Source: Azolla caroliniana (Eukaryota > Plantae > Polypodiophyta). Taken from it: a stretch of 64,000 nucleotides of DNA. How positions within the stretch are numbered: position 1 is the stretch's first letter; every line of letters starts with the position of its first letter. A program made the translations under genes and the position numbers. Below the pieces are notes generated by a model, which saw nothing but the letters and a program-made list of their open reading frames with translations, was not told where the DNA came from and did not search any database. Location of the stretch: assembly GCA_043228905.1 (NCBI GenBank), contig JBHGNT010000008.1:15066001-15130000 (forward strand), given 5' to 3'. Below, one piece after another: positions 1 to 11,099 of the stretch.

Positions 1-99
1 TTACGTGGAAACCCCCAAACCGGGGAAAAAGCACGGGAACATAGCTTCACAATATACAGTGGATATACCAAAACAGTGAAGATTACAACACAATATAGC

Positions 100-634
100 T
101 TCACGGGCCAATTCAACAGTTATCTTGAGCAGAAAGGAATTCAAAGCAAATTTAGCTGCCGATACACATCAGAACAAAATGGTATGCCCAAAAGGAAGAA
201 CCGGCTGATTGTCGACACGACATGGGCAATGCTGGATGAAAAGAGCATGCCCAAGTTCTACTGGGTCGAAGCGGTCCGGATGGTCGTCTACATTCAAAAC
301 CGGATCGGGGATAAGGTGTTAGCACATGAGCTGTATTTCGGGCGTAAGCCGAATTTAAGGCTCCTTAAGATATTTGGTAGCATTGCATGTGCATGTGGCG
401 GATGAGAAGCAGAGAAAGTTGTACCCGAAATTGGAGAAGTGCATCCTTGTCAGGTACTCACATGAGCAAAAGGGTTATAAGTGTTATAACCCACGAACAA
501 AACAAGTTCGAGTGAGGCTAGATGGCGAATTTGATGAGTCGGGCATCATGGTACTGTCTACCTACTCCGATGACCAACTCCGACCTGATTCTAGAAGATG
601 AGGCAAGTGAGCTCGAAATGATTTGGGCAGAAGT
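100..634 (+). pseudogene. Ty1/copia integrase fragment
   Basis: FSCRYTSEQNG..RKNR, MPKFYWVEAV, and KLYPKLEKCILV.YS.EQKGYKCYNP motifs split over two frames. Resembles the integrase of the copia at 58515-63651. Confidence 0.85.
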
Positions 635-941
635 TGTGTTGGCCAGTGGCGGCCAAGTATGGAAGGAGGAAGAGGCGAGCTAGTTCCAAGAGATATAATT
701 AAATAACTAAGCATTATGTTAAGAACGGACGGATCCAGAAGAGGTATGCCGATTCGGATTCAGACCGATTCATAGCCAGTTGCCGGTTAGGCACCGTTTT
801 GTAGCACGAACCGGATGCTTATAAAAGGGATGCGGATATCATTGTATGAATGACGGAACATTAATATAAGAACATGTTACTATTGTCTATCTGTTATCTT
901 GATCTTTATTCCGTCCTGTGTTTAATGTATTGATCTTACGC

Positions 942-1736
942 TGTCGTAGTGTATTTCGTACACTACGTGAAAAAGTAAAAATAATATAACCGATTTAATT
1001 ACATATAAATAAATAAAATAAGAATATCAAGATATTTATCACCAATAAATAAAATAAGAATATCAAGATATTTATCACATGCATAGGGCAAGATTTGAAC
1101 CTTGTACCTCCACGTAGCCAAATCTCAACTTTACCATTATGCTACCTTATCTTTAGTGTTTTATAAATAGATTTAATAACTATAAGTGCTTTATTTGCGC
1201 CTACCTTTATTAAAAGATAAATCATGCATTTTTAGAGTGCGTGAATATTTTATAGAAAAACGCAAGCAACTAAAAAGTGACTCATGCACATTTAGCGTGC
1301 ATGAGCACTATATTTAGCAAATAAAAGCAAGGATTAGAAAAGCATCACATGCACATTTAGTGTGCATGAACATATTAGAAAAAGCATGTAGTTATGCTTA
1401 GTCTCTCCCATCACTACATAAGGATGGGGAGCACAATGTAATAGGTGTGAAAAATATTTGGAAACTAGATATGTTTCTAAAAAACACCAATTAATAAACT
1501 ATACTCGTGGGATTCACGAGAATTCTATATCATTCTCTTTCAACCGAAGTTTATATTCTTATATTCATATTGATTAATCTAATACAATACACTCGTGGGA
1601 TTCACGAGTTTGCTATAACTCTTTCTTACAACATATTTATATTCTTATTAGCCTTAAAACTCTCTTCTTCCTAGTCCAAAACCCCAGTGGTTCCCACCCG
1701 ACTCACGCAAACGATCCGGAGCCGAAAGGCACGACA
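942..1736 (+). repeat. 5' LTR of the gag-only element
   Basis: Near-identical to 3806-4600. Confidence 0.95.
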
Positions 1737-1774
1737 CAGTTGGTGAACCCGACGTGAAGGCGGGTGGCAAGGAG

Positions 1775-3661
1775 ATGGAGAATCAACAAGAGGCAATGAG
1801 CATAATGATGATGATGATGTTCGAGCGGATGCTACAAGAACAACGTGCGATGTCGGAAATGAAGGCGGCAGTAGAGCGGCTTCTGCGACGAAACGGGGAA
1901 TTCAACGGTAAGGGTGTGTCACGCTATCTACGTGACTACAAGGCGGAGATGATACGATGTGGGATACCGGAAGGATTGCAAGTGACATCCTTCAATCGGG
2001 TGGCCTCGGACGAACTACAAGAGAGAATCCACAAGATACAACAACAAAACTCGACATGAGAGTCCTTTGAAGAAGCTTTACGGGAGGCATATGACTATGA
2101 GAGATGGACGGGACGAGATCGACGAGAATTCGACGAATGGGTGGCGTCGGAGAAGACTCACCGAAGTGCAACGCAAGCGTTCCTAGAGTTCGAGCATCGT
2201 TTTGCTCGACTCTCGGAGCGGGAACGAAGATTGGTGGGAGGAGATAAAGTCTTAATGTTCGTAAGATCGATCGATCGGAAAGAAAGGATGGACATTGGGA
2301 TCGAACTCGAAGATGATGACGGTGCGAACGGCCTTACCAAGGATTGGGCCAAAGTCGAAAGGGTATGCCGAAGACATGATGAAAGGAAGCTGAGAATCTC
2401 GTCAACAACGACATGGCCCATGAAGGATGGTCGATTGAGGAAAAACGATGAAGCCAATATGAAGGCCGAAATACAACATGATGGTACCACGGGAGAAAGA
2501 GTGGAACAAGACACCCACTCGTCTTGTGAAAGAACGATGGCGAAGGATAAGGCCGATAATTCAAGTGTAGAAGGAAATTTCGGGATACAAGTGCCCGAGA
2601 CATCGGGTCAAAAAGGGGTAAGCATAATAGATGTTTGCATAATTGATGCAGATAAAGAGTGTGAAGCGGATGTGATTAAGGAGGTAGCCACAAAAGACGA
2701 AATCGAATCGGAGGTGGCTATGGACGAATCAATGGCGGATTGCCATATCGAGACTTCCCCACCACTGATTCCAGAGACTCCGGCGGTTGCGTTCGAAAGG
2801 CAACGTGAGACCGAAGAGACGGAAGGTGGCGGAGAGAAAACAAAGGTCGAAGTCGATGCATACGACGGAGAGATAGCCGAGAATATGGCTATGGGTGAAA
2901 CAATGGAGGATGATAATACTGAGGATTCCTGCCCACTAATCCTAGAGACTTCGGCGGTTGTGTCTGAGAAGCAACGTGAGACCGGAGAGACGGGAGGTGG
3001 CGGCAAGAAAGGTAAAGTCGGAAGCCGGTTCGGATGGAAGGTGATCCGGACGGGATTCCGATCCGAAAGAAAGCCTAACCGGGTAAAAGAGGATTCGACC
3101 GAAAGTCGACCCGAAAGAAAGCCGAACCGAAAGGAAGAGAATTCGGCCGAAAGACGACACAAACGAAAGCCGAACCGGGCGAATGAGGATTCGGCCGAAA
3201 GACGACCCGAAAGAAAGCCGACCCGAAAAGGGGTCGACTTGGTCAAAACCGATCGACCGAGTCTGACTTGGTCGAACGCGAATATGGATGGAAGCCGACC
3301 TAGCCGAAAGCCGATCGGACGAGACCGATCCGGAAAGAAGCTAATCCGACTCAACCGAAGGTTGGACCGGTCGAGGCTGGTGAAAACGAGGAAAAGAAAG
3401 CCAACCGAAACCGAAACCGATAGATCAAAACCGGGCCGGAAGGAGACCGACTCAATCAAAACCGAACAACCGATTCCGATTCGGCCGAATACGAATCCGA
3501 TCGGAAGCCGATCAAACCGAAAGTCGATCGGACGAGAGCGATCCGGAAAAAAGTCAAGGTTGATGAAGACAAGAAAGAGGCCAGTAAAAGACACTACCAC
3601 GAATGACAAGGGCCAAGAATATGACGAGAGAGAACAAAGAATATGGTGGATCGGATGGTGA
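1775..3661 (+). pseudogene. Gag-like ORF with long low-complexity, repeat-rich tail
   Basis: GEFNGKGVSRYLRDYKAEM and FEHRFARLS...KVLMFVRSID resemble the gag of gypsy E (29826-30029, 35731 onward). In-frame TGA at 2057. Tail has ~171-bp and 48-bp repeats. Confidence 0.75.
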
Positions 3662-3805
3662 CAATGGTTCGGGTGGAAAGAATGGGTCTACTCAAAATGG
3701 AGAGACAAAGTTGACATAGCGGGACAAACGGAGGATGAAGGGGAGACAACGAGCATCGGCAACTTCGGCACATACCGGAGGATGTGCGGGTTCGGAGGGG
3801 GCGAG

Positions 3806-4600
3806 TGTCGTAGTGTATTTCGTACACTACGTGAAAAAGTAAAAATAATATAACCGATTTAATTACATATAAATAAATAAAATAAGAATATCAAGATATT
3901 TATCACCAATAAATAAAATAAGAATATCAAGATATTTATCACATGCATAGGGCAAGATTTGAACCTTGTACCTCCACGTAGCCAAATCTCAACTTTACCA
4001 TTATGCTACCTTATCTTTAGTGTTTTATAAATAGATTTAATAACTATAAGTGCTTTATTTGCGCCTACCTTTATTAAAAGATAAATCATGCATTTTTAGA
4101 GTGTGTGAATATTTTATAGAAAAACGCAAGCAACTAAAAAGTGACTCATGCACATCTAGCGTGCATGAGCACTATATTTAGCAAATAAAAGCAAGGATTA
4201 GAAAAGCATCACATGCACATTTAGTGTGCATGAACATATTAGAAAAAGCATGTAGTTATGCTTAGTCTCTCCCATCACTACATAAGGATGGGGAGCACAA
4301 TGTAATAGGTGTGAAAAATATTTGGAAACTAGATATGTTTCTAAAAAACACCAATTAATAAACTATACTCGTGGGATTCACGAGAATTCTATATCATTCT
4401 CTTTCAACCGAAGTTTATATTCTTATATTCATATTGATTAATCTAATACAATACACTCGTGGGATTCACGAGTTTGCTATAACTCTTTCTTACAACATAT
4501 TTATATTCTTATTAGCCTTAAAACTCTCTTCTTCCTAGTCCAAAACCCCAGTGGTTCCCACCCGACTCACGCAAACGATCCGGAGCCGAAAGGCACGACA
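3806..4600 (+). repeat. 3' LTR of the gag-only element
   Basis: Near-identical to 942-1736, preceded by a PPT. Confidence 0.95.
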
Positions 4601-4704
4601 GCGCATGTAACACTGTGTGTTGTGAATTGGATCTCAATCGAACGTTAACTGGTTGAAGCATAATCGGAGTCGGAAATCCTTACCACAACCACCCCTTTGG
4701 TGAA

Positions 4705-4740
4705 AACACATTCGCGTTCACAAGTGGAAGGATCGTGCAT
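4705..4740 (+). repeat. Left terminal inverted repeat (~36 bp)
   Basis: Reverse complement of ~25132-25167 and of ~47997-48032. Confidence 0.9.
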
Positions 4741-5160
4741 TCCACTTGTAGAATCTTCTTGAAAATATCCAAATATACCGTCTCTACAAAAATTGGATGC
4801 ATTAGTATCACATGTTCCACAACTTGATTAGAATTTGCAAATATAAAAATACATGATAGGTCTATGAGTGGAGATCATTAGAAATTCAAATAAGTTTGGA
4901 TGTGTTGATAAGTTAATGTAGGCATAATAAAGTTCAACAATGGCACAATATCTCACTAATGTGTGACATGGGAAACACTAAGTTAAAGACTTATATTAAT
5001 TTGGTAAGTTTTACAAAAATATGAGGATCTCAATCGGACGTTAACTGGTAAGTTAAAGACTTAAGACTTATATTAATTTGGTAAGTTTTACAAAAATATG
5101 AGGCGTACTTGTAACCATACTAATAAAATGAGTTATAATTTATACTTTGACCCATACTCA

Positions 5161-5436
5161 CATGTATATAATTGTGGACAATGTAGGATAGTGAACTTTA
5201 GGATAATGTGATTGGAATAACTAACTTATTAAGGTATTTAATACTTGTATTTAAAGTTGATCTAATCTATTCCTCAATTTGTTCGTATGGGATCAAACCA
5301 TATGTATATAATTGTGGACAATATAAGACAGTGAACTTTAGGATAATGTGGTGGAATTAACAAACCTATTAAGGCTTTCATACTTGTATTTAAAATTGAT
5401 CTAATCTATTCCTTAGGTGATTCACACGGGATCAAA
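5161..5436. repeat. ~140-bp tandem duplication in the transposon left arm
   Basis: ATGTATATAATTGTGGACAAT...GGGATCAAAC occurs twice, diverged. Confidence 0.8.
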
Positions 5437-5915
5437 CTCCGAACGATAACGCTACTGGAACTAAAGCGTATAAAAACATGTGGATAATGCGAGTGGAACC
5501 ATTATCAACACACTACACAATCTAAGCAGCAATAGAAGACAAACATAATAGTTTTAACAATAGAAGACAAAGATCCATAATATATGGACTGGTATATATT
5601 AGACAGAGAATGACAATCTCAACAATTGATCGCAAATAACAACATGGACAGTCATGGCAACAATTCTACGAGCATGTTATGTTAAGGTAAAGATTGACCA
5701 AAATCAACCTTACTTTAAACTAATTCATGTTTCTCCATATTGGTAGACAGCAATGTACGCGGTGAAACCAATGTCATAAGTCTACAAACCAAGTATATAG
5801 AAATAAAATTGAAACATATAGAAGATTATAAAGAATGGAATACACCAAGTAAAACCCAAAATTTGTATTAGTAATGTGAATTCCAAACAATACATTTCGT
5901 GAACAAAAAAGTCTA

Positions 5916-8900
5916 TTACATAGCAAGCAACTCGTCAATGTCATTTTCTTCTTCATCTTGTATAGAAGTCTCTTCGGCTATACAGGCATTGTCTTCCCCT
6001 TTTAGCCGAGCCAACGAAATATCTTCTATAAGCTCATCATCAAGCTCTATTAGCTCCCCCGGTTCCCCGGCTAACGAACGAATAGGATCTCATGAAGCAG
6101 GTTGAAACCTTTCGGTATCAGCGAGGTTCTTTGCACCCACCTCCTCGTCCTAGTCAGGGCACTCCCACAAAACCTTAATCCTCATGTTTATAAATATAAC
6201 TTGCTCCTCGTCCTTCTCCAATGCAACTATGTTTTTTAAGAGCTTAAATGCACATGCAAACGTTGTCCCTGTGAAGAAAGCAACAAGAAGAATTAGTTTT
6301 CAAACAAAAAGAATTAGTACTGGTTATCTCAAGATCGTTAACCTAGTTCGAGGAATACCTGTGCCAGAAAAGGGGTCTAATATATAATCTCCTTCTACAG
6401 AAAACATCTCGATAAAGCGCATCATAAGTCATTGAGGTTTTTGGTATGGGTTGAGAAGTCCATGTTCTGTCATGGTGACATGTCGCAATTTCCGTGTCAC
6501 TGCTGGATACACCAGCAGATTTGAACCTCCAACTTCATTATAATGCTCCTTGATTCTTTGTTTGTTTATTTCATCGAAGTAGCCAACCGTAATGTATTCA
6601 ATGGCATTTACGAACCGAAAGGTTGGCCCTCTATTGACATTGGTTTTTATCCTATAACAAATATTACATCGAGTTAAGAATAGATTGAACAATCTTAAGA
6701 AAGGCAATATAGTGAATGAGACTTATAAATAATCCTTACCATGCAAGGTTCTCGATGCCATGGCAACGAGATCTTAAAGCTTGAGCTACTGAGTACCCTT
6801 GGTCCATACTATGAAAGACAACTATCCTCCACAAGGATGCAATCGTTAGCTTAGCAAAATCCTTGACCATCTTCTCTAACTGTTTGAACCTAAATGGTTC
6901 ATCGTCGTATGATGACCCTGCCATTCAAAATCCATATGGAATATCAGCAATCATTAGCGTATATTCCTTCTTTGGCACTTTTTGGATCATGTCAACGACA
7001 TCGCCGCAAATCACGTTGTAGTAAAGATCTCTCGTAATATCCTTTTTGTGGCTAAATTTTTTGGAGTCATCTTCCTCAATTTCGTATGCCTTGACTAAGC
7101 GAGGATCCTTTTCTTTTCTAGCTCTCTCGAGATGTGCAAGGAAGGATGTCGGGAAATTGTGTATATCCTTAACTTCTCCTTGTTTCTTGCCACGGCACGG
7201 TTTCTAATAGAAGCAATAAGTCATCAAGTATTATTACACAACCTCTACATATGAGGAAAGCTTAATGAGAAACACCAATACTAACCCAATCCTTGAATGC
7301 AATAAAATACTCGGATAACGGGTTATATGAAGACGTTAGAGGATAATCCTCGGTCACTTGTTCCCAAGTTATACATCCAAGTTGTTTCATCATAACTTCT
7401 TGGATCTTCATGTACACCTTATGACTATGAAATTAGAAAACGAGATTAGAACTTTCAATTGCACCATATTGAATTCAATATCACTATTTGAAAGACTTAC
7501 TTATTGAACTCAGTGACCATTTCTTCAAAGCTTAAATCTTTTGCTACAACCCTTGACAAAACATACACAAGAAGCTGCTTGTCCTTAATACCTTGCATCA
7601 CTCCCCCCAAAGACAGCTTCATGTCGTCAGCCGCTTCTTCAATTGTCAAATCAATTTTCTTGGTCGCTTGTGACTTTAATTCTAGTTCAAGGTCTACCTT
7701 ACATTTCTTTTGTCGTTGACCCTTGACCTCCTTATTCTCCCACATTGAGAAAATTTGATCTTGTAGGTCCCATACTTCTCCATCTCTAAAGGCAAGTTGA
7801 AACCAGGATTCATATTTCTGAAGACCATCGGACTTAACATTATCATCCACCACAATGCCGACTTCATGCAAGCATTGACGTCGTAGGCCTGGATGTAGCT
7901 TCACACCGAACTTTTGTTTGATGTCCAAGTACTCGTGGTGGAAGAACCTTATACGCTCAATCAATGACATTTTCTGCCTATAGTCATTATCATTAGTGTG
8001 GTCCCATGCCAACAACTTTGCCTCTTTAGTTGTGAGGCCCACGTAAATTTTGCACTCGGCATACTTGAAGAAGAAAGTCGTTGGATGCTCTCTCAGAAGT
8101 TGCCGACATGCCTCCATAGAATGCGATCCATCAATTACAAAGTAATTGTATTGATCATGCTTTCTTATGTCGAATTCTTCAATGGTTTCACATTCTTCGG
8201 GATCCACCATAGCAATAAAAGGCACAACGGTAGCATATGGATTAATTTTCATTTTTTTCTTGACATTTTGAACATGCATTCGGTGCGGGTCTCTGATCTC
8301 AAGTGGTCTTCGTCCTGTTTTTTCATCTACAGGGGGCCGATGGATGTGTGTTATAGGCAAATTAAACACTTGCCCTTTTCCCACTAGTTTACGTTGCATT
8401 AACTCTCTCCATATCTTATTCTGCTCGAATGACAACACACCCGATGCCAACTATGCACCTGACGTCCCCCTATTGTCCTCATCTTCGTTTGAGCTTGATG
8501 AGTCGGACCCTGACATTTTAGTGGTCTTCTTTTTGGCTGGTCTTGATTGCACTTTAGATGCCCTTTTTGGGGCCTTCACTAGGGACGCAAAGGGCTCCCT
8601 TGGAGTTACATGGCCTTGTATATAAGGCCTCAAGGTGACAATAAGGTTTTGTGAGCCTTGTAGATATTTTTTAAAAGATTCTGGCCCACAAGATTCCTTT
8701 ACTAGTCGATCTTCAGAAAGGTACACTTTACGTACCTCCTTCGAGCACTCTATCATTACAAGAATGTTGGCTAAATCTAAAACTTCATAGTCAAATCGTA
8801 GAATACAACCATACATAAATGCGGTGTCATTTTCAAGCTAACCATCGCCCTTCTTCTTTGTTGTATAAAGCACGACTTTTTTCTTGGAATCGACGTACTG

Positions 8901-10133
8901 CATATACCATTCCTTTTTCCGTTAGATCACGATCAGGAAGGTCCTCACCACTAGTAGATGCTAACATTTTCTTTTGGCTAACATCATCGGATGGTTGAGA
9001 TTTTGTCTCCTCATTGAAGAGAAGCTTTTGTCCTCTCTTCATGTTCTGAGGAACTATTAGTTTCTGGGTCTCAATTGGAGAGCCCTAAATCCGGAGCTTT
9101 ATTTTCTTCACAAGTCAGTCCGACAAGTTCTCAAACGACCTATTTAAGAAAGGACGTGCGAAAATATAAGTTAGGTGGTTGCCTAGTTAAGGTTGTATAT
9201 TAAAATATACATAAGTAGGTCAAGACAAAAACTAGCAGGCGATTTATGCTAAACTCTAAATCTAGTAAGGGCGTCTCAACTTTGAAAATTATATATCCTA
9301 ATAATTATACAAGGATATGTATCATAGTGAAGGGTAATTATGGCTTATATTGATTCCATATCCATATTGTTGAGAATTTTAATACGATAGACTTAAATTT
9401 GGTATCATAAAGGTAATTTGTGGGTTATTTTCTATTATTTTAAGCTGTTATAGGCCATAAAACCTTTTTAAGTAAGGCCGCAAAATGTTACAAAATGTAG
9501 TAAAAGTCCCTAAAACAGTCTGAATTGGACATAGAATTGGTATCTTTGCACACATATACCAAATTGTTCCCCCAAAGACACAATATTCCTGTTTAAATTT
9601 TGTGTTTTATACAGTAACTCGATACGGTATATCGAGTTCATGTATAAAACACAAAATTGAAACAGGAATTCTATACAGGGTATCAAGTTCATGTATAAAA
9701 CACATACTTTACACATGAACTCGTTACGTCGTATCGAGTTCCTGTATGTAATACAAAATTTAAACAGGAACTCGATACAACGTATCGAGTTCTTGTATGA
9801 AACACAAACTTTAAACAGGAACTCATTACGACGTATCGAGTTCCTATATAAAACACAAACTTTAAACAGGAACTCGATACACCGTATCGAGTTCTTGTAT
9901 GGAACACAAACTTTATATAGGAACTCGATACAGTGTATCGAGTTCCTGTGTAAAACACAAACTTTAAACAAGAACTCGATACATTGTATCGAGTTCCTAT
10001 ATAAAACCCTAAACTTTAAACAGTAACTCGATATGTTGTATCGAGTTCTTGCGTGCTAAAACATATTTACAAAAATGTCCAGACTACCAGGCGCTTACCT
10101 GGATTCTTAGTGCTCGATTTTCTTCGAAGACAT
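5916..10133 (-). pseudogene. Six-exon ParB/Srx-like domain + beta-class N6A/N4C DNA methyltransferase (N6_N4_Mtase-like) fusion, ~970 codons
   Basis: Hand-spliced exons 10133-10099, 9139-7501, 7424-7286, 7203-6740, 6651-6359, 6268-5916. All five GT-AG introns preserve frame. Motifs: YFVIDGSHSMEAC (ParB-like), ICGDVVDMIQKVPKKEYTLMIADIPYG (motif IV region), NPYQKP, YILDPFSGTGTTFACAFKLLKNIVALEKD (motif I). Several premature stops and one frameshift near 8830. Confidence 0.88.
9586..10050. repeat. 51-bp minisatellite (~9 units), each with palindrome GAACTCGATAC-NNN-GTATCGAGTTC
   Basis: AGGAACTC recurs at 9766, 9817, 9868 and 9919. The array lies in intron 1 of the MTase gene. Confidence 0.92.
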
Positions 10134-10249
10134 GATTCTCGTTGTCGAAGCTTAGGGGGAGATGACAATTTGGTGTTGTGTGCTATGGGCTCTTTGTGCT
10201 TTGTCTGCTCTCTGTGCTCGTGTGCTCTGTTTTGCGCGTGAGTGATTGA

Positions 10250-10300
10250 GAAATGAGGAGGTCTTCCTATTTATAGGGATTGACCACTGTGGTTAAAGTA
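10250..10300 (-). promoter_or_regulatory. Putative TATA promoter of the ParB-MTase gene
   Basis: Minus-strand CCCTATAAATAGGAAGACCTCCTCATTT, conserved in copy 2 at ~40198-40225, upstream of the conserved exon 1. Confidence 0.6.
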
Positions 10301-11027
10301 ACCATAGTCACTTTAACTAGGGTTGGTAAGCTTAAGGTTAGTTAGTTAGACCTAAGAAAGAGTTAGTTAATTTATTTAGTACATAATTTTGAATGTACCA
10401 ATGACTCTCTAATGGATTTGATTTAAATGATGCTTATGAATGAATCGATGATTAAATACTCAAAATAACATATTAATGATTATTTTATACTCAAACTAAC
10501 ATACAATGCCTTTGATAGAGGTTCATGAATGAAACAATGATTGAATACTCAAAGCAACATTTTTATGACTCTCTAATGTTTTGTATTAAAGATATGGCCA
10601 TGAATGAACCAATGATTGAAAAGGCTTATATTTAAAATGGTGGGCATGAATGAACCAATGATTGAGAAGTTCTATATTAAATATGTTGATTCAACTTTAT
10701 ACTGACTAGTTTAAGTAATTATTAATATGTTGAATAAAATTATTAATATGGGTGCCATTAATTAACCAATGATTTTAACTTTAAATCAACATATATATGG
10801 CTTGGTAATGATTGTAATTATATTATACTTCATGGCTAAAGTAAATTTAATTTAAATTATATATTATAGGATTAATAATGTATAAAATATAATTGATTCA
10901 ACTTTATACTGACTAGTTTAAGTAATTATTAATATGTTGAATAAAATTATTATATTAAAAATAATATCTTTATTTATTGTATTAATATAATATTAAATAA
11001 TATAGACATTATATTGAGGGAGCTTCT

Positions 11028-11099
11028 GTTTAGAGAGGAGTTTATGTTTAGAGAGGAATTTATGTTTAGAGAGGAATTTATGTTTAGAGAGGAGCTTAT
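11028..11099 (+). repeat. 18-bp tandem repeat x4 upstream of the transposase
   Basis: GTTTAGAGAGGA(A/G)TTTAT repeated four times. Confidence 0.85.

Larger units (their letters stand above)
942..4600 (+). mobile_element. Young non-autonomous gag-only LTR retroelement
   Basis: 795-bp LTRs 942-1736 and 3806-4600 (TG...CA, two substitutions seen), PBS TGGTGAACCCGACGTGA at 1741 (complementary to tRNA-Trp 3' end), PPT 3794-3805, flanks ACGC/GCGC. No protease, RT or integrase. Confidence 0.92.

Noticed and set aside
1741-1758. tRNA-like sequence (also 12478, 22894, 29785, 58945)
   Set aside because: These are short primer-binding sites next to LTRs, not tRNA genes.
2608-3609. 333-aa antisense ORF
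   Set aside because: Shadow of the repeat-rich plus-strand ORF; no independent motif.
5916-8450. Bacterial or phage contamination as the source of the ParB-MTase
   Set aside because: Five frame-preserving GT-AG introns, enclosure by TIRs with a TSD, and a second copy of exon 1 in the window.
9510-10026. ORFs of 89-153 aa on both strands, and a CRISPR-like look of the palindrome array
   Set aside because: The ORFs arise because the 51-bp unit is a multiple of three. In copy 1 the spacers are near-identical, no cas genes are present and the context is eukaryotic.
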